Shown here piece after piece: positions 26,886-36,368 of a stretch of DNA of 36,634 nucleotides. The stretch lies in IMG/VR virus record IMGVR_UViG_3300037011_000237. One strand, 5' to 3'. Position numbers and translations under genes: made by a program. Position 1 is the first letter of the stretch, and each line of letters starts with the position of its first letter. The notes beneath the pieces are model-generated. The model was given only the letters and a program-made list of their open reading frames with translations. It was not told the DNA's origin and ran no database searches. This DNA is from an uncultured virus (IMG/VR IMGVR_UViG_3300037011_000237). Lineage: Duplodnaviria; Heunggongvirae; Uroviricota; Caudoviricetes.

Positions 26886-27086
26886 TTATTGTTTATTTTT
26901 AGGTGCAAGTTTTACTTCTATTTCTACATTTCTAATTTCTTGTACAACAGCAATTTGATAATCACAAATTTCTACACCACTAATTCTAGCATCATGTTTA
27001 ATAAACTCGAAAGCATCATTCAAAGTATTAAGAACAACAGAAGTATCTGTGATTTTATTGTTATAAAGAACAATATACTTTGGCAT
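26886..27086 (-). CDS. hypothetical protein
   Basis: 66 aa, AGGAG SD. Confidence 0.55.
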   Translation of the reverse strand: MPKYIVLYNNKITDTSVVLNTLNDAFEFIKHDARISGVEICDYQIAVVQEIRNVEIEVKLAPKNKQ

Positions 27087-27088
27087 TT

Positions 27089-27262
27089 TTAATGTCTCCT
27101 ATTAATTCGGCGGGAATATTTTTCTTGCTTTCTTGCTTTCTTATTCTTTGATTTATCATCTTTAGTTATCCCTACTTTACTTCCTCCTTTATGAACAATT
27201 CTTTCTTCAAGTTTTTCCAATTCAGATTTAATTCTCATTGTAATAGTATTTCTTTTTGCCAT
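27089..27262 (-). CDS. 57-aa basic protein (not in ORF track)
   Basis: MAKRNTITMRIKSELEKLEERIVHKGGSKVGITKDDKSKNKKARKQEKYSRRINRRH; AAGGAG SD. Confidence 0.55.
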   Translation of the reverse strand: MAKRNTITMRIKSELEKLEERIVHKGGSKVGITKDDKSKNKKARKQEKYSRRINRRH

Positions 27263-27928
27263 TTATTTCTCCTTTTTGTAATTATATGCACTTACTGGTC
27301 CATTACAAAAACTACCACCAGTAATAATTTTATTATCCTTTACAATAAAGTTTATATATGAACAAAATACATCTGGATCACCAATATCAAAGGAAAAATC
27401 ATTTTCATAATCTGTATTATAACTGGAGATAATAATAGAAATAATTTGTTTAGCAATCTCTTCTCTATCTTTATCTTGCCAAGTTAAATTAATTTTAGTT
27501 CTGGTTTTAATCTTTGAAAATACTTCATCACTCATTGATACAAGAAATGAAATAAAGTGAGTATATTTCCTTTCCAAACTTTTTCCTTTAAAAATAAAAC
27601 CATCATCTACTACTTTATATTCCCCACCACATACTATTTTTGTCATGTTACAATTTCTTAATAAATAAGAAATTAATCTTTTATTAAAATGAGTGTTATC
27701 AAATCCTATTTTTACATAGAAGTCACCATCACATTCTTCTGTAATATTTAATATCTCCATTAATTCTTCTCTACATTCTATTTCCTCTTCCACAGAAAAC
27801 TTTAATTTATATTTATTATGCAAATCAAAACAGTCTACAGAAAAATTACTATCAATACCAAAATCATCTTCCAAAGATGGATCATGTTTAAAATCTTTAT
27901 TATTAGAAATAGTTAAATCAAAATACAT
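27263..27928 (-). CDS. hypothetical protein
   Basis: 221 aa, AAGGAG SD. Confidence 0.65.
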   Translation of the reverse strand: MYFDLTISNNKDFKHDPSLEDDFGIDSNFSVDCFDLHNKYKLKFSVEEEIECREELMEILNITEECDGDFYVKIGFDNTHFNKRLISYLLRNCNMTKIVCGGEYKVVDDGFIFKGKSLERKYTHFISFLVSMSDEVFSKIKTRTKINLTWQDKDREEIAKQIISIIISSYNTDYENDFSFDIGDPDVFCSYINFIVKDNKIITGGSFCNGPVSAYNYKKEK

Positions 27929-27930
27929 AT

Positions 27931-28290
27931 TTATTTCTCCTTTGCCATAATTTTTTCAATATTATCTAAATTAGTTATTGGTATAATTTTCTTTATTCCG
28001 GAAAGTTTTAATTCAATATCCCCACACATTAAACTTTCCCCCTTTATTTCTAGTTTTGATAAAACACTAAACCACCAATCATTCTTAAAAATTACCAAAA
28101 AACTATACTTTGCTTCTTTTGTTTGGTTTTTCTTTTCTTTTGCAAGTAATTTAAATTTTATATCACAAAAATTACAGGAATAATCAACATCATGAATACA
28201 ATTTATAGAATCATATATACATTTTTCTTTCTTTTTCATTTTATTTTCTCCATTTATTAAGGAATAAATTCTGGGTCTAAAACAATACAT
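27931..28290 (-). CDS. hypothetical protein (likely start MKKKEKC at about 28239; Cys cluster)
   Basis: GGAG SD before the internal ATG; C..CNFC. Confidence 0.5.
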   Translation of the reverse strand: MYCFRPRIYSLINGENKMKKKEKCIYDSINCIHDVDYSCNFCDIKFKLLAKEKKNQTKEAKYSFLVIFKNDWWFSVLSKLEIKGESLMCGDIELKLSGIKKIIPITNLDNIEKIMAKEK

Positions 28291-28643
28291 CCTTGTTCTA
28301 TTAAATAAGATGCAAGAGAATCAACATCAACTCTTTGTGTTGTAAAGTTAACTTCCGGACCTAAATCATTTTTATCTAATTTAATAAAATTTTCATGTTG
28401 TTCTGACATTCTTTCTGCTTCATCTTCATCTATCCAATAATATTGAAAAATTCTTTTTCCTCTAATTGTCCCAGAAAGAAGCCCGTAAATGTCATAGTTT
28501 TCTAAAAGAAATTTTCTAACAAGAAATTCAATAGTTACTTCATAAGGAACAATTACTATTTTATATATACCCCCCTCACGATAATCTTGTAATAAATATA
28601 TTCTATTATTAAACACTTTGTTTTCCTTTCCTAAAATCAACAA
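28257..28643 (-). CDS. hypothetical protein
   Basis: ORF in operon; start probably the GTG at about 28616. Confidence 0.55.
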   Translation of the reverse strand: MLILGKENKVFNNRIYLLQDYREGGIYKIVIVPYEVTIEFLVRKFLLENYDIYGLLSGTIRGKRIFQYYWIDEDEAERMSEQHENFIKLDKNDLGPEVNFTTQRVDVDSLASYLIEQGCIVLDPEFIP

Positions 28644-29184
28644 TTGGTTTTAATGTTTTCATTTTCTTTTCAATATCATCTAATGAATAAGGAAAGAAAT
28701 TATTTGTATCTACTCCAATATCAAAAGATAATCCATAAGGTTCTAATCTTCCATGATGATGTCCAAATAAATGATAACTTGCATAATGTGATTTATTCCA
28801 ACTTCTCATAGAATAATGACACAATACAATTAATCTATCTTTTCCATATTCATCTTTTAATTTTGGATAAATTTCCATAATTGGTTCATTAAAAGAAAAA
28901 TAACTTCCTCCTCTAGAGATCATAGCATTTCTTGTTGGATAATTATCATGTGAACCAGGAATAAAATAGATACTGCCATTTAATCTATCAGCATATTTTC
29001 TAAACCCACTTGTATTTCCCCAATGAAAATCACCAAGAAAATAAACCAAATCATCATTTTTAATAACAGAATTCCAATTATGAATAATAGTTTCATCCAT
29101 TTCTTGGAGAGATTTAAAAGGTCTATTGCAATATTCAATTATCTTTTCATGTCCTAAATGTAAATCTGCTGTAAAATAAATCAT
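28609..29184 (-). CDS. calcineurin-like metallophosphoesterase
   Basis: FTADLHLGH, LGDF, PGSHD, LCHY, HLFGHHH, DIGVD. Confidence 0.9.
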   Translation of the reverse strand: MIYFTADLHLGHEKIIEYCNRPFKSLQEMDETIIHNWNSVIKNDDLVYFLGDFHWGNTSGFRKYADRLNGSIYFIPGSHDNYPTRNAMISRGGSYFSFNEPIMEIYPKLKDEYGKDRLIVLCHYSMRSWNKSHYASYHLFGHHHGRLEPYGLSFDIGVDTNNFFPYSLDDIEKKMKTLKPIVDFRKGKQSV

Positions 29185-29369
29185 TTTGTTTTCCTTACTC
29201 TATAATCATTTAAAAGATAATCAATAATTTTTCTTCCATATTTATAAATTAATATTGCCAACAAATTAGCACACTCGTAAAATTGCGGATCATTTGTTAC
29301 AATTTTATATTTCGTTTTACATTCTTCCGCATATTTTAAAGCATTTTGATAATCTTGTGGAGTATCCAT
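29181..29369 (-). CDS. hypothetical protein
   Basis: 62 aa, GGAGG SD. Confidence 0.55.
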   Translation of the reverse strand: MDTPQDYQNALKYAEECKTKYKIVTNDPQFYECANLLAILIYKYGRKIIDYLLNDYRVRKTK

Positions 29370-29373
29370 TTAT

Positions 29374-29628
29374 TTATTCCTCCCCAAAATCAAGATATTC
29401 TTTATAGATCATTTCTCTTGCTTTTGTAATATCTTTTTCTTCATACAAAATACAATTAAAATTATAACCGGCGTTTGGATAGAATTCATTATAAAATGCT
29501 TGTCCAAATCTTAATGCTTTATTTTTTGGATTTGCAAAATGCTTTTGACAAAACTTTAAATATTCTGCAAAAGGAACTCTCTTTAATTCATTATCTTCTT
29601 CGTCATTATCTTCTTCACTGTCATCCAT
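29374..29628 (-). CDS. hypothetical phage protein (LRFGQAFYN motif)
   Basis: 84 aa, AAGGAG SD. Confidence 0.6.
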   Translation of the reverse strand: MDDSEEDNDEEDNELKRVPFAEYLKFCQKHFANPKNKALRFGQAFYNEFYPNAGYNFNCILYEEKDITKAREMIYKEYLDFGEE

Positions 29629-29630
29629 TT

Positions 29631-30110
29631 TTATTTCTCCTTTGGTATAAAAGAATCTCTTACGGTTTCTAATATTTTTCCTAAATGATTATATTTATCT
29701 TCAAAAATACACATATTACAACTACAACTTCCCCAATAATTATCATGCCAATAATTTCCTTCAACTAATTTATGTGGAGATGTCTTTATTAACATATTTT
29801 TTAATTCTGGATTTTGTTTAAACTTTTCAAAAATTACTAACAACATCATATCTAATTTAATTATTTCCCAATCTTCACGAATGGTTAGTTTTTTACCAAC
29901 TCTTTTAGCAATTCCTGAAGTTTCACATTTCAATATTTTTTCTTTTTCTTCCACAATATTTGTTTTTAAAGATTGATAATAATGTTCAGCACTAGGCCAA
30001 TTAAAAAAATAAATTTTATCTTTTGATTTATATGAAATAGTATCAGAAATAACACACGGGTAAAAATTACTTAAAAATGCATATTTATCTTCTTTAAAAG
30101 AAGTTATCAT
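29631..30110 (-). CDS. NADAR (YbiA-like) family protein
   Basis: FLSNFYP, SAEHYYQS.K, AKRVG, REDWE, KFKQNPEL, LVEGNYWHDNYWG, NHLGKILE.VR. Confidence 0.9.
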   Translation of the reverse strand: MITSFKEDKYAFLSNFYPCVISDTISYKSKDKIYFFNWPSAEHYYQSLKTNIVEEKEKILKCETSGIAKRVGKKLTIREDWEIIKLDMMLLVIFEKFKQNPELKNMLIKTSPHKLVEGNYWHDNYWGSCSCNMCIFEDKYNHLGKILETVRDSFIPKEK

Positions 30111-30112
30111 TT

Positions 30113-30448
30113 TTACATTCCAATTCTTTTTGAAATATCAACAATCGTATCTAATTCAAAAGCCTCTATTTTTGATATAATACGTGGGGGAATAAAATAA
30201 TATCTTTCATTTGAATCAATAAAGGCAGCAATTGCATTACCAACAGTATTAGAAATAATGATAAATTCTTTTTTAATACTATTATAATTATAAGAATTTT
30301 TTTCAGATTTTACTTTAACAAGAAATAGTTTACCATAAATTTCTAAATCTTGTAAATCTTGTAAATTATGCATTTGTGCTGATATTGTTATTTTTCTTAT
30401 TTGATCTAATATAGATTGATTGCCCGCTCTATATAATTTTGTTTCCAT
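30113..30448 (-). CDS. hypothetical protein
   Basis: 111 aa, AAGGAG SD. Confidence 0.6.
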   Translation of the reverse strand: METKLYRAGNQSILDQIRKITISAQMHNLQDLQDLEIYGKLFLVKVKSEKNSYNYNSIKKEFIIISNTVGNAIAAFIDSNERYYFIPPRIISKIEAFELDTIVDISKRIGM

Positions 30449-30460
30449 TTTATTTCTCCT

Positions 30461-30940
30461 TTATAAAGCATCTAAATATATTATTCTATTAATTGCTGTT
30501 ACTGGACGAATTTCTCCAGCAACCCAACTAATTCTAATAGGATAATTTAATTCTTTTAAAATGGGATTAATATGATCACAAATAATATCCAATTCTTTTG
30601 TAGAAATATTCTTTTTGAAACCAAAATAACTTCCAGTGTAATCAGTTGTTGAAATTATTTCACCAGAAACAATATCATCTATCCATTGTAATACTAATCT
30701 AATATCTTCTAAATTAATCTTGGGATAGTTCTTTCCATTTTTAGTTTTTCTAATCCGATAATTTCTAAAACATGTTCCTATTTCATCATTCAGTTCATTT
30801 CTTCTTTTAATTTCACCTATTGTTGGTCTAAAACAATTATTTCCAATAAAACCAATAGTGTCATTAATATCTAGATTCATTTTATTTCTCCATTGATATA
30901 AGGTTTTTAAATTGTTTTGCAACATCAAACCAATAACCAT
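30461..30940 (-). CDS. hypothetical protein (likely start MNLDI at about 30880)
   Basis: GGAG SD before the internal ATG. Confidence 0.55.
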   Translation of the reverse strand: MVIGLMLQNNLKTLYQWRNKMNLDINDTIGFIGNNCFRPTIGEIKRRNELNDEIGTCFRNYRIRKTKNGKNYPKINLEDIRLVLQWIDDIVSGEIISTTDYTGSYFGFKKNISTKELDIICDHINPILKELNYPIRISWVAGEIRPVTAINRIIYLDAL

Positions 30941-31208
30941 AAGAAAATTTAAGAGTTATTGGATGTTGCCAAAAAAGAATCCAATTTGTTTCATCACCAA
31001 AATCTTTCATACTATATTCTATATAAGTAAGATTACAAATTTGAAATCTTAATTTATCAGCATTAAACCAACTCCCCGCATAAAATGATACATCCTTTAC
31101 TTCTATTTCCCCAATTCCACCATATTTATTTGGACAATCTATCTTAATAATTTTATTAGAGTTAAATGGTTCAATTTTTATATCTTTTAATGATAATTTT
31201 ATATACAT
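30882..31208 (-). CDS. hypothetical protein
   Basis: 108 aa, AAGGA SD. Confidence 0.55.
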   Translation of the reverse strand: MYIKLSLKDIKIEPFNSNKIIKIDCPNKYGGIGEIEVKDVSFYAGSWFNADKLRFQICNLTYIEYSMKDFGDETNWILFWQHPITLKFSYGYWFDVAKQFKNLISMEK

Positions 31209-31218
31209 TTATTTTTCC

Positions 31219-31632
31219 TTAAAAAGTCTTAGAAGAATATATTATACTTTTATAATATTCAAACATAACAAACTCTTTTCGAGTCATTTTATCTAATAAG
31301 GTAGAACAAACATAAAAATTACAAATATAAGAACGATATTTTCTTTCTAAAACACACCCAATACCCTCTTTATAAAACCCTAATTTTTCATCAAAAAATT
31401 TCTTATAGTATTTTTTAAGTTTTTTATATTCTTCATTGTTATAAAAGTTTAAATGTAAGTATCCATAATTAGTAGCACAATGTCCACAACAACAAGAAAC
31501 TTCTTTTGTGGATTGTGGATTTCCTATTGACCCAATACAAATATTATTTTTAAACTTACAATTAATTTTTACGTTATTATAAAATAAATCTATTTTGTTT
31601 TGATATTTGTTTGTGCCAAGATAAAGTTTCAT
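31219..31632 (-). CDS. Cys-rich putative metal-binding protein
   Basis: CKF..NIC, SCCCGHC, GC.L..KYRSYICNFYVC. Confidence 0.55.
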   Translation of the reverse strand: MKLYLGTNKYQNKIDLFYNNVKINCKFKNNICIGSIGNPQSTKEVSCCCGHCATNYGYLHLNFYNNEEYKKLKKYYKKFFDEKLGFYKEGIGCVLERKYRSYICNFYVCSTLLDKMTRKEFVMFEYYKSIIYSSKTF

Positions 31633-31654
31633 TTTTGTTTCCTTGTTTAATTAG

Positions 31655-31727
31655 AATCCCTATCGGGATTTGAACCCGAAATCTAAAGATTAGAAGTCTT
31701 TTGCATTATCCATTATGCTATAGGGAC
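31655..31727 (-). tRNA. tRNA-Arg(UCU)
   Basis: GTCCCTA/TAGGGAT acceptor, GCAT-AATGGATA-ATGC D-arm, AAAGA-CTTCTAA-TCTTT anticodon arm, TCGGG-TTCAAAT-CCCGA T-arm; no encoded CCA. Confidence 0.92.
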
Positions 31728-31741
31728 AATTTATTTATTTT

Positions 31742-31996
31742 TTATAGTAAAGCATCATTATATTTTTTTAACATTTTTTTCTCAAATTGATCAACTTTTA
31801 TTGCAGCATATAAAACTAAAACAATTAAATCTTCTGCATCAGCAATATTAATCTCACTTAAATTTATAACGGGAAGATCATTTCCTTTAAATACTGTATA
31901 TGTTGTTTTATACTTTCCATTTCTAACTCTAAAATTTAGTACAATTGAATATTTATCATGTTTGATCATTTGTTGTTCTTCAATAAGTTGTGACAT
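31742..31996 (-). CDS. hypothetical protein
   Basis: 84 aa, GGAGG SD. Confidence 0.6.
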   Translation of the reverse strand: MSQLIEEQQMIKHDKYSIVLNFRVRNGKYKTTYTVFKGNDLPVINLSEINIADAEDLIVLVLYAAIKVDQFEKKMLKKYNDALL

Positions 31997-32011
31997 TTTA
32001 TTTTCCTCCAG

Positions 32012-32338
32012 TTATTTAATTACATAATTTTTAATATTTAATTTCTTCATAATAGAATGTGCTATTTCTTCAGCATCTATTCTATTTGTTCCAGTAATTA
32101 AAAAATCTCCATTCAAAGATAATTTATAATAAAAAGTATCCCAAGATTCTGTAACTCTTTCAATACAAAAATTAAATTTTTTCCACTTTATTGCCTGTTT
32201 TATGATTTTCTCAAAATAAACAGCCTTTTCAAAATTATTTACAGGAATTAAACATTTCTTTGATGGCATTAATGCTGTTTTATACATTACTAAAGATTTA
32301 CCATTTGCTACTATTTCATTACAGGAAATTTCTATCAT
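32012..32338 (-). CDS. hypothetical protein
   Basis: 108 aa, AAGGAG SD. Confidence 0.6.
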   Translation of the reverse strand: MIEISCNEIVANGKSLVMYKTALMPSKKCLIPVNNFEKAVYFEKIIKQAIKWKKFNFCIERVTESWDTFYYKLSLNGDFLITGTNRIDAEEIAHSIMKKLNIKNYVIK

Positions 32339-32541
32339 TTAAATCTCCTTTTAATGAGTATATTTACTAAAATAAATTTGTTCTACGTCTTTTTTTAATA
32401 CTTTAAAATTTCCAATTTTAATATCTTTTCTTTTTTTATCTAACAAATCTTCTACTATTTGATTTAATTGCGACAAATTAATTTCCCCATTTCTTGTTCC
32501 AATTTTATCTTTTATAGTAATTGAAATCATTTTATTTCTCC

Positions 32542-32817
32542 TTATAAAAACTTTACAAGAAGTATAACATTATTATTTAAAACGGTATATAAATCTAATA
32601 ATTGTCTCCATTGTTCTATTAAAGTAGTTACTTCTTTATCTGCTATTTGCCATCTTTTTGTAAAAAAAAGTAACCACCATCTTTTTACAACAAAATCCAT
32701 TTCTTCAAATAAGAAATTAATTCTTCCTTTCATTAAACTAAATGATTGTTCTATCATTTCTAATTGTTTATTATTATTTTGTATTTGTTCATAAACCGTA
32801 TAAAAATTTTTAGACAT
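32542..32817 (-). CDS. hypothetical protein
   Basis: 91 aa, AAGGAG SD. Confidence 0.55.
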   Translation of the reverse strand: MSKNFYTVYEQIQNNNKQLEMIEQSFSLMKGRINFLFEEMDFVVKRWWLLFFTKRWQIADKEVTTLIEQWRQLLDLYTVLNNNVILLVKFL

Positions 32818-32964
32818 TTTATTTCTCCTTTATGTAATAATATACTACATGATTAAATATGTTAAATTCTAAAACACTAGCATATTTATCCCAATACATA
32901 AATAATGATGATATTCCAATAAAAAAAGAATTAAATTTATGTAATATTTTCATTTTATTACTAC

Positions 32965-33303
32965 TTATATTGCAATCCAAATTTCTTTACTCATTTCTAC
33001 TAATTTTTCTCTTTCAGTCAATTTAAAGAAAAAAGTTTGTTCTTGTTCACGATAAAAGAAATTTTTCCATAAATATTTCTTTTGCGTTGATGATAAATCT
33101 TCTTTAGAATATATTTCAGCAATTATCCCTAGAATTTCTCTTTCTGTTAAAAATCCCCTTTTATTACTAAATATTACACAAATTCTTTTTAGATATGTAA
33201 ATGTTGATTCTTTATTTTTTCTAATACAATCATAATTAAATTCCATATTGTAATAACTATGAAATTGTTTTATTTTTTCAATAGAACAACTAATTAAAGA
33301 CAT
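32965..33303 (-). CDS. hypothetical protein
   Basis: 112-aa ORF. Confidence 0.5.
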   Translation of the reverse strand: MSLISCSIEKIKQFHSYYNMEFNYDCIRKNKESTFTYLKRICVIFSNKRGFLTEREILGIIAEIYSKEDLSSTQKKYLWKNFFYREQEQTFFFKLTEREKLVEMSKEIWIAI

Positions 33304-33543
33304 TATTTTATCTATCTATTATTGATGAAACCATACATGCAATTACTAAAGCAATTAAAAATAAAGTAACAAATATTATAATCAAAATTATTTTTATCAT
33401 TTTATTTTTCCTTTTTTGTAAGTAAAACTAAAAGCATGGCACAAAATAAACAAAGATGTCTCCAATCAAATCCAGGAAAAAACATATAAGGTATAAAAAT
33501 TAAAAAATAAAGTACCATCCCATGAAAATGAGTAAATTTCATT

Positions 33544-33747
33544 TTATTCCTCCTTATTTTGATTACGAAAATTAATCACTTTTACCCCTGGATTTATTAA
33601 TTCTTTTCCTAAAAATCCTTCTGCTTTTTTTATTGCATCATGTTTATCTTGTGCTTTACGAATTAAAACTGGAGAACAATTTTCTGCTTTTACAATATAA
33701 CTACTATTTGATTTAATAATAGTTTTCATGGATTTGCTCCTGAACAA
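33544..33747 (-). CDS. hypothetical protein (likely start MKTII at about 33729)
   Basis: AGGAG SD before the internal ATG. Confidence 0.55.
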   Translation of the reverse strand: MFRSKSMKTIIKSNSSYIVKAENCSPVLIRKAQDKHDAIKKAEGFLGKELINPGVKVINFRNQNKEE

Positions 33748-34015
33748 TTACATTATTATATTCTGCTTCTGTTAAAATTACATGTTCAATACAAGCAGTA
33801 AAATTTAATACATTTAAAAAATACCATTTTGCAAATACCCTTACATCTTTTACATCTTCCGGTAAAATTTTTGGTAGTGTAAACTTTCTTAAATAATATC
33901 CATCAAAATTTGTCAAATTACAGATCGCAATAAAAGTTCTATTTTCTGTTTCATTCATTTTATTTACTCCTTGAATAATTCTGTTGGATTTATAAATATT
34001 CCGATCATCCACCAA
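33713..34015 (-). CDS. hypothetical protein (likely start MNETE at about 33958)
   Basis: AAGGAG SD before the internal ATG. Confidence 0.55.
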   Translation of the reverse strand: MVDDRNIYKSNRIIQGVNKMNETENRTFIAICNLTNFDGYYLRKFTLPKILPEDVKDVRVFAKWYFLNVLNFTACIEHVILTEAEYNNVIVQEQIHENYY

Positions 34016-34383
34016 AAAATTATTTCTCCAATTCTTCCATTTCCATCATTAAAAGGATGGATTTTTTCGAACTCAATAAAAAATTCCCTTACTGTAATTC
34101 TATATTCTTTTTTTGCTATACAAATGTTTTCAATTAATCTCAATATTTGAGCATAATGAACACCAATAACTATATTATTTATAGTAACATTAGTATTTCT
34201 AAATCCATTATTCTTTTCAGAAATAATATTTCCTAAATTAATAATATCTTGACAAGTTAAACAATTATCAATATTATAAATATATTCACAAGCACGAACA
34301 TATCTTTTTATTGAATCAATTGATAGATCATCTTGAATTATACAAGATTTTTTTGCTTGAATAATTAATTCTTTTCTTTTCAT
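33964..34383 (-). CDS. Fic/Doc family protein
   Basis: GFRNTNV and FEKIHPFNDGNGRIGE. Confidence 0.85.
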   Translation of the reverse strand: MKRKELIIQAKKSCIIQDDLSIDSIKRYVRACEYIYNIDNCLTCQDIINLGNIISEKNNGFRNTNVTINNIVIGVHYAQILRLIENICIAKKEYRITVREFFIEFEKIHPFNDGNGRIGEIIFWWMIGIFINPTELFKE

Positions 34384-34399
34384 TTTATTTATTCCTTAT

Positions 34400-34645
34400 T
34401 TAATTTAATGAAAAAGATGTAGAATTTCTCGAACAAATTAGAATGTCCGTTAATGAAAAATAAATAAATGATAAAAAACAATCCCCTAATATATATTTTT
34501 TCATAAATAATATTGCATCATTTTCATTTTCTTGATTTGTTTTTATTGTACAAAAAAATGCATTATTTTCTTTTTTTAAAACAATTCCAATATAAGTTTT
34601 TCTAGTATCATTTCTTTTATATATTGCAAATGTATTATCAAACAT
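34400..34645 (-). CDS. hypothetical protein
   Basis: 81 aa, AAGGAG SD. Confidence 0.5.
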   Translation of the reverse strand: MFDNTFAIYKRNDTRKTYIGIVLKKENNAFFCTIKTNQENENDAILFMKKYILGDCFLSFIYFSLTDILICSRNSTSFSLN

Positions 34646-34661
34646 TTTATTTTCTCCTTTG

Positions 34662-34689
34662 AAAACAAAAAATCCCCAAACCTGGGGAT
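34662..34689 (-). terminator. intrinsic terminator
   Basis: reverse complement ATCCCCA-GGTT-TGGGGAT followed by TTTTTGTTTT. Confidence 0.7.
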
Positions 34690-34710
34690 CATTATTATTA
34701 TTTATTTATT

Positions 34711-35169
34711 TTAATTTATAAAATATCTTTTCTTATTGAAATTATCTATTGTCATTTTTACTGTTTTCATATCTGCTTTATAAATTACTAATGTTCCATT
34801 TTCTAATTTTATATAAGGAAATCTTTCTCCCCAACAATTTTTATAATATCCAGTTTCAAGAATTTTATTTGTTGATACTACAGTATTTATAATATTATTT
34901 ATTGATAATCTAAATTTTGTAATTCTTTTTGGTGGAATTCCAAAATCTGAAAATCTTTTCTTTCCTTGATTTTTTACATGTACTTGATAAATTTTTCCTA
35001 ATGAAATTTTATCTAAATCTTTTTGTGGATTAGGAATTAGATCATAAAGCATATATCCTTTTTCTGATACTTCAAATATTTTATTATTATTTTTGCAATA
35101 CTCTATTATTTCCCCTAAAGAAGTATTATGATTGAACAATTTCTTTTCTTTTTCTTTTATTTTAGCCAT
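34711..35169 (-). CDS. hypothetical protein
   Basis: 152-aa ORF ending just before the terminator. Confidence 0.55.
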   Translation of the reverse strand: MAKIKEKEKKLFNHNTSLGEIIEYCKNNNKIFEVSEKGYMLYDLIPNPQKDLDKISLGKIYQVHVKNQGKKRFSDFGIPPKRITKFRLSINNIINTVVSTNKILETGYYKNCWGERFPYIKLENGTLVIYKADMKTVKMTIDNFNKKRYFIN

Positions 35170-35325
35170 AATGTTCCATCCCTGTATATGTTATTTTATA
35201 ATCACTTCTTGAAATTATTAATTTAATTTCTAAATTATTAGAAAAAACAGTAATTTCATTATTGTTTTTAATAATATATACTTCGTTATTATTATTATTT
35301 TCAATAAGTAAAGTAAATAATTTAT

Positions 35326-35748
35326 TCATTTTTCTTTTTTAAAGAAACAAAGAACTCTTTCATTTTTATATTTTTTAAGAATAAAACCACATTCTTTTTT
35401 TGTTTTTAGTTTTATATACTTATTAAATTTCTTTTCTTTTTTCTTGGCAATTCCAGGGAAACAACATAAAATTTCTATATTATTTTTATATTCATTACTA
35501 TCAAATAATTTTATTATTTCATCTAATTCTTTATCAAATTTAAATCTTTGTTTTTTTCCATAATGGCAAATAATAATTATTTCATTCCAATCTGTTTCAA
35601 TATAAATAGGTGTTTTTTTATTTTGAAATTCTTTTTTCTTTTTATCAAATATAATGTCAAAAAATCCATTATCAGTAAAATTTTTTGAATGATAATAGAT
35701 AGAAGTATTTATTTTTATTCTTTTTATTGTCTTATATTTTGAAGACAT
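35326..35748 (-). CDS. Lys-rich hypothetical protein
   Basis: 140 aa; IIICHYG and EILCCFPG motifs. Confidence 0.5.
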   Translation of the reverse strand: MSSKYKTIKRIKINTSIYYHSKNFTDNGFFDIIFDKKKKEFQNKKTPIYIETDWNEIIIICHYGKKQRFKFDKELDEIIKLFDSNEYKNNIEILCCFPGIAKKKEKKFNKYIKLKTKKECGFILKKYKNERVLCFFKKEK

Positions 35749-36116
35749 CTTTTACTTTTGGATCAAAAAGGAAAAAGATTAAAATAATATGCTAATCCTA
35801 AATATATTATTATATAGAAAACTGATAGATGAAATAGTTTTTTCATTTTTTATTTACTCCATCCAAAAGAATAAAATCCTAAATCAAAAAATAATTGATT
35901 AGGATTTTTCATAATTCCAATGTAAAAAACATTATTATAGTGTTTATAAAAATATCTTTTCATTTTATTTTCCTTTTAGTAATTTATATATTGTAAGTAA
36001 ATTATAATTCCTAATGTAAAAAGAAAAGCAAAAGAAATAAATAAAAAGATACTATAAACATTATGTAGTTTATAGTATCTTTTTTGTTCTTTTGTGAAGA
36101 AAAGTTTTTTATTCAT

Positions 36117-36368
36117 TTATTCACCTTTTATTATTTTATTTCTATTTATTCCAATTATTATTTTTCTTCTTTCCTGGCTCGTATATCCTAAATAATCTAA
36201 AATTTTTACCATATTTTTTAGATTAATTTTTCCTAAAGAAAAATTATCTATCAAATTTCTAAAAGACATTTGATTAGATATTCTTTTTATTTGAGATAAA
36301 GAATTTATTTTTAGATCATTCATTTTATTTATTTCCATTGAATAAATGTTTTGAAAAGAAAATAGCAA
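36117..36368 (-). CDS. hypothetical protein (likely start MNDLK at about 36323)
   Basis: ORF in very AT-rich region. Confidence 0.45.
   Translation of the reverse strand: MLFSFQNIYSMEINKMNDLKINSLSQIKRISNQMSFRNLIDNFSLGKINLKNMVKILDYLGYTSQERRKIIIGINRNKIIKGE

Noticed and set aside
256..29672. Opposite-strand ORFs in the track (e.g. 256-453, 4484-4732, 5384-5822, 8651-8869, 10502-10711, 14933-15551, 19335-20146, 21744-21926, 25122-25319, 26134-27092, 29475-29672)
   Set aside because: Shadows of well-supported genes, with no SD or recognisable motifs
5757..35748. Many proteins end in KEK, KGE or MEK, suggesting a shared C-terminal tag
   Set aside because: Explained by the next gene's SD fused to the stop codon (AAGGAGAAATAA); a translational coupling by-product
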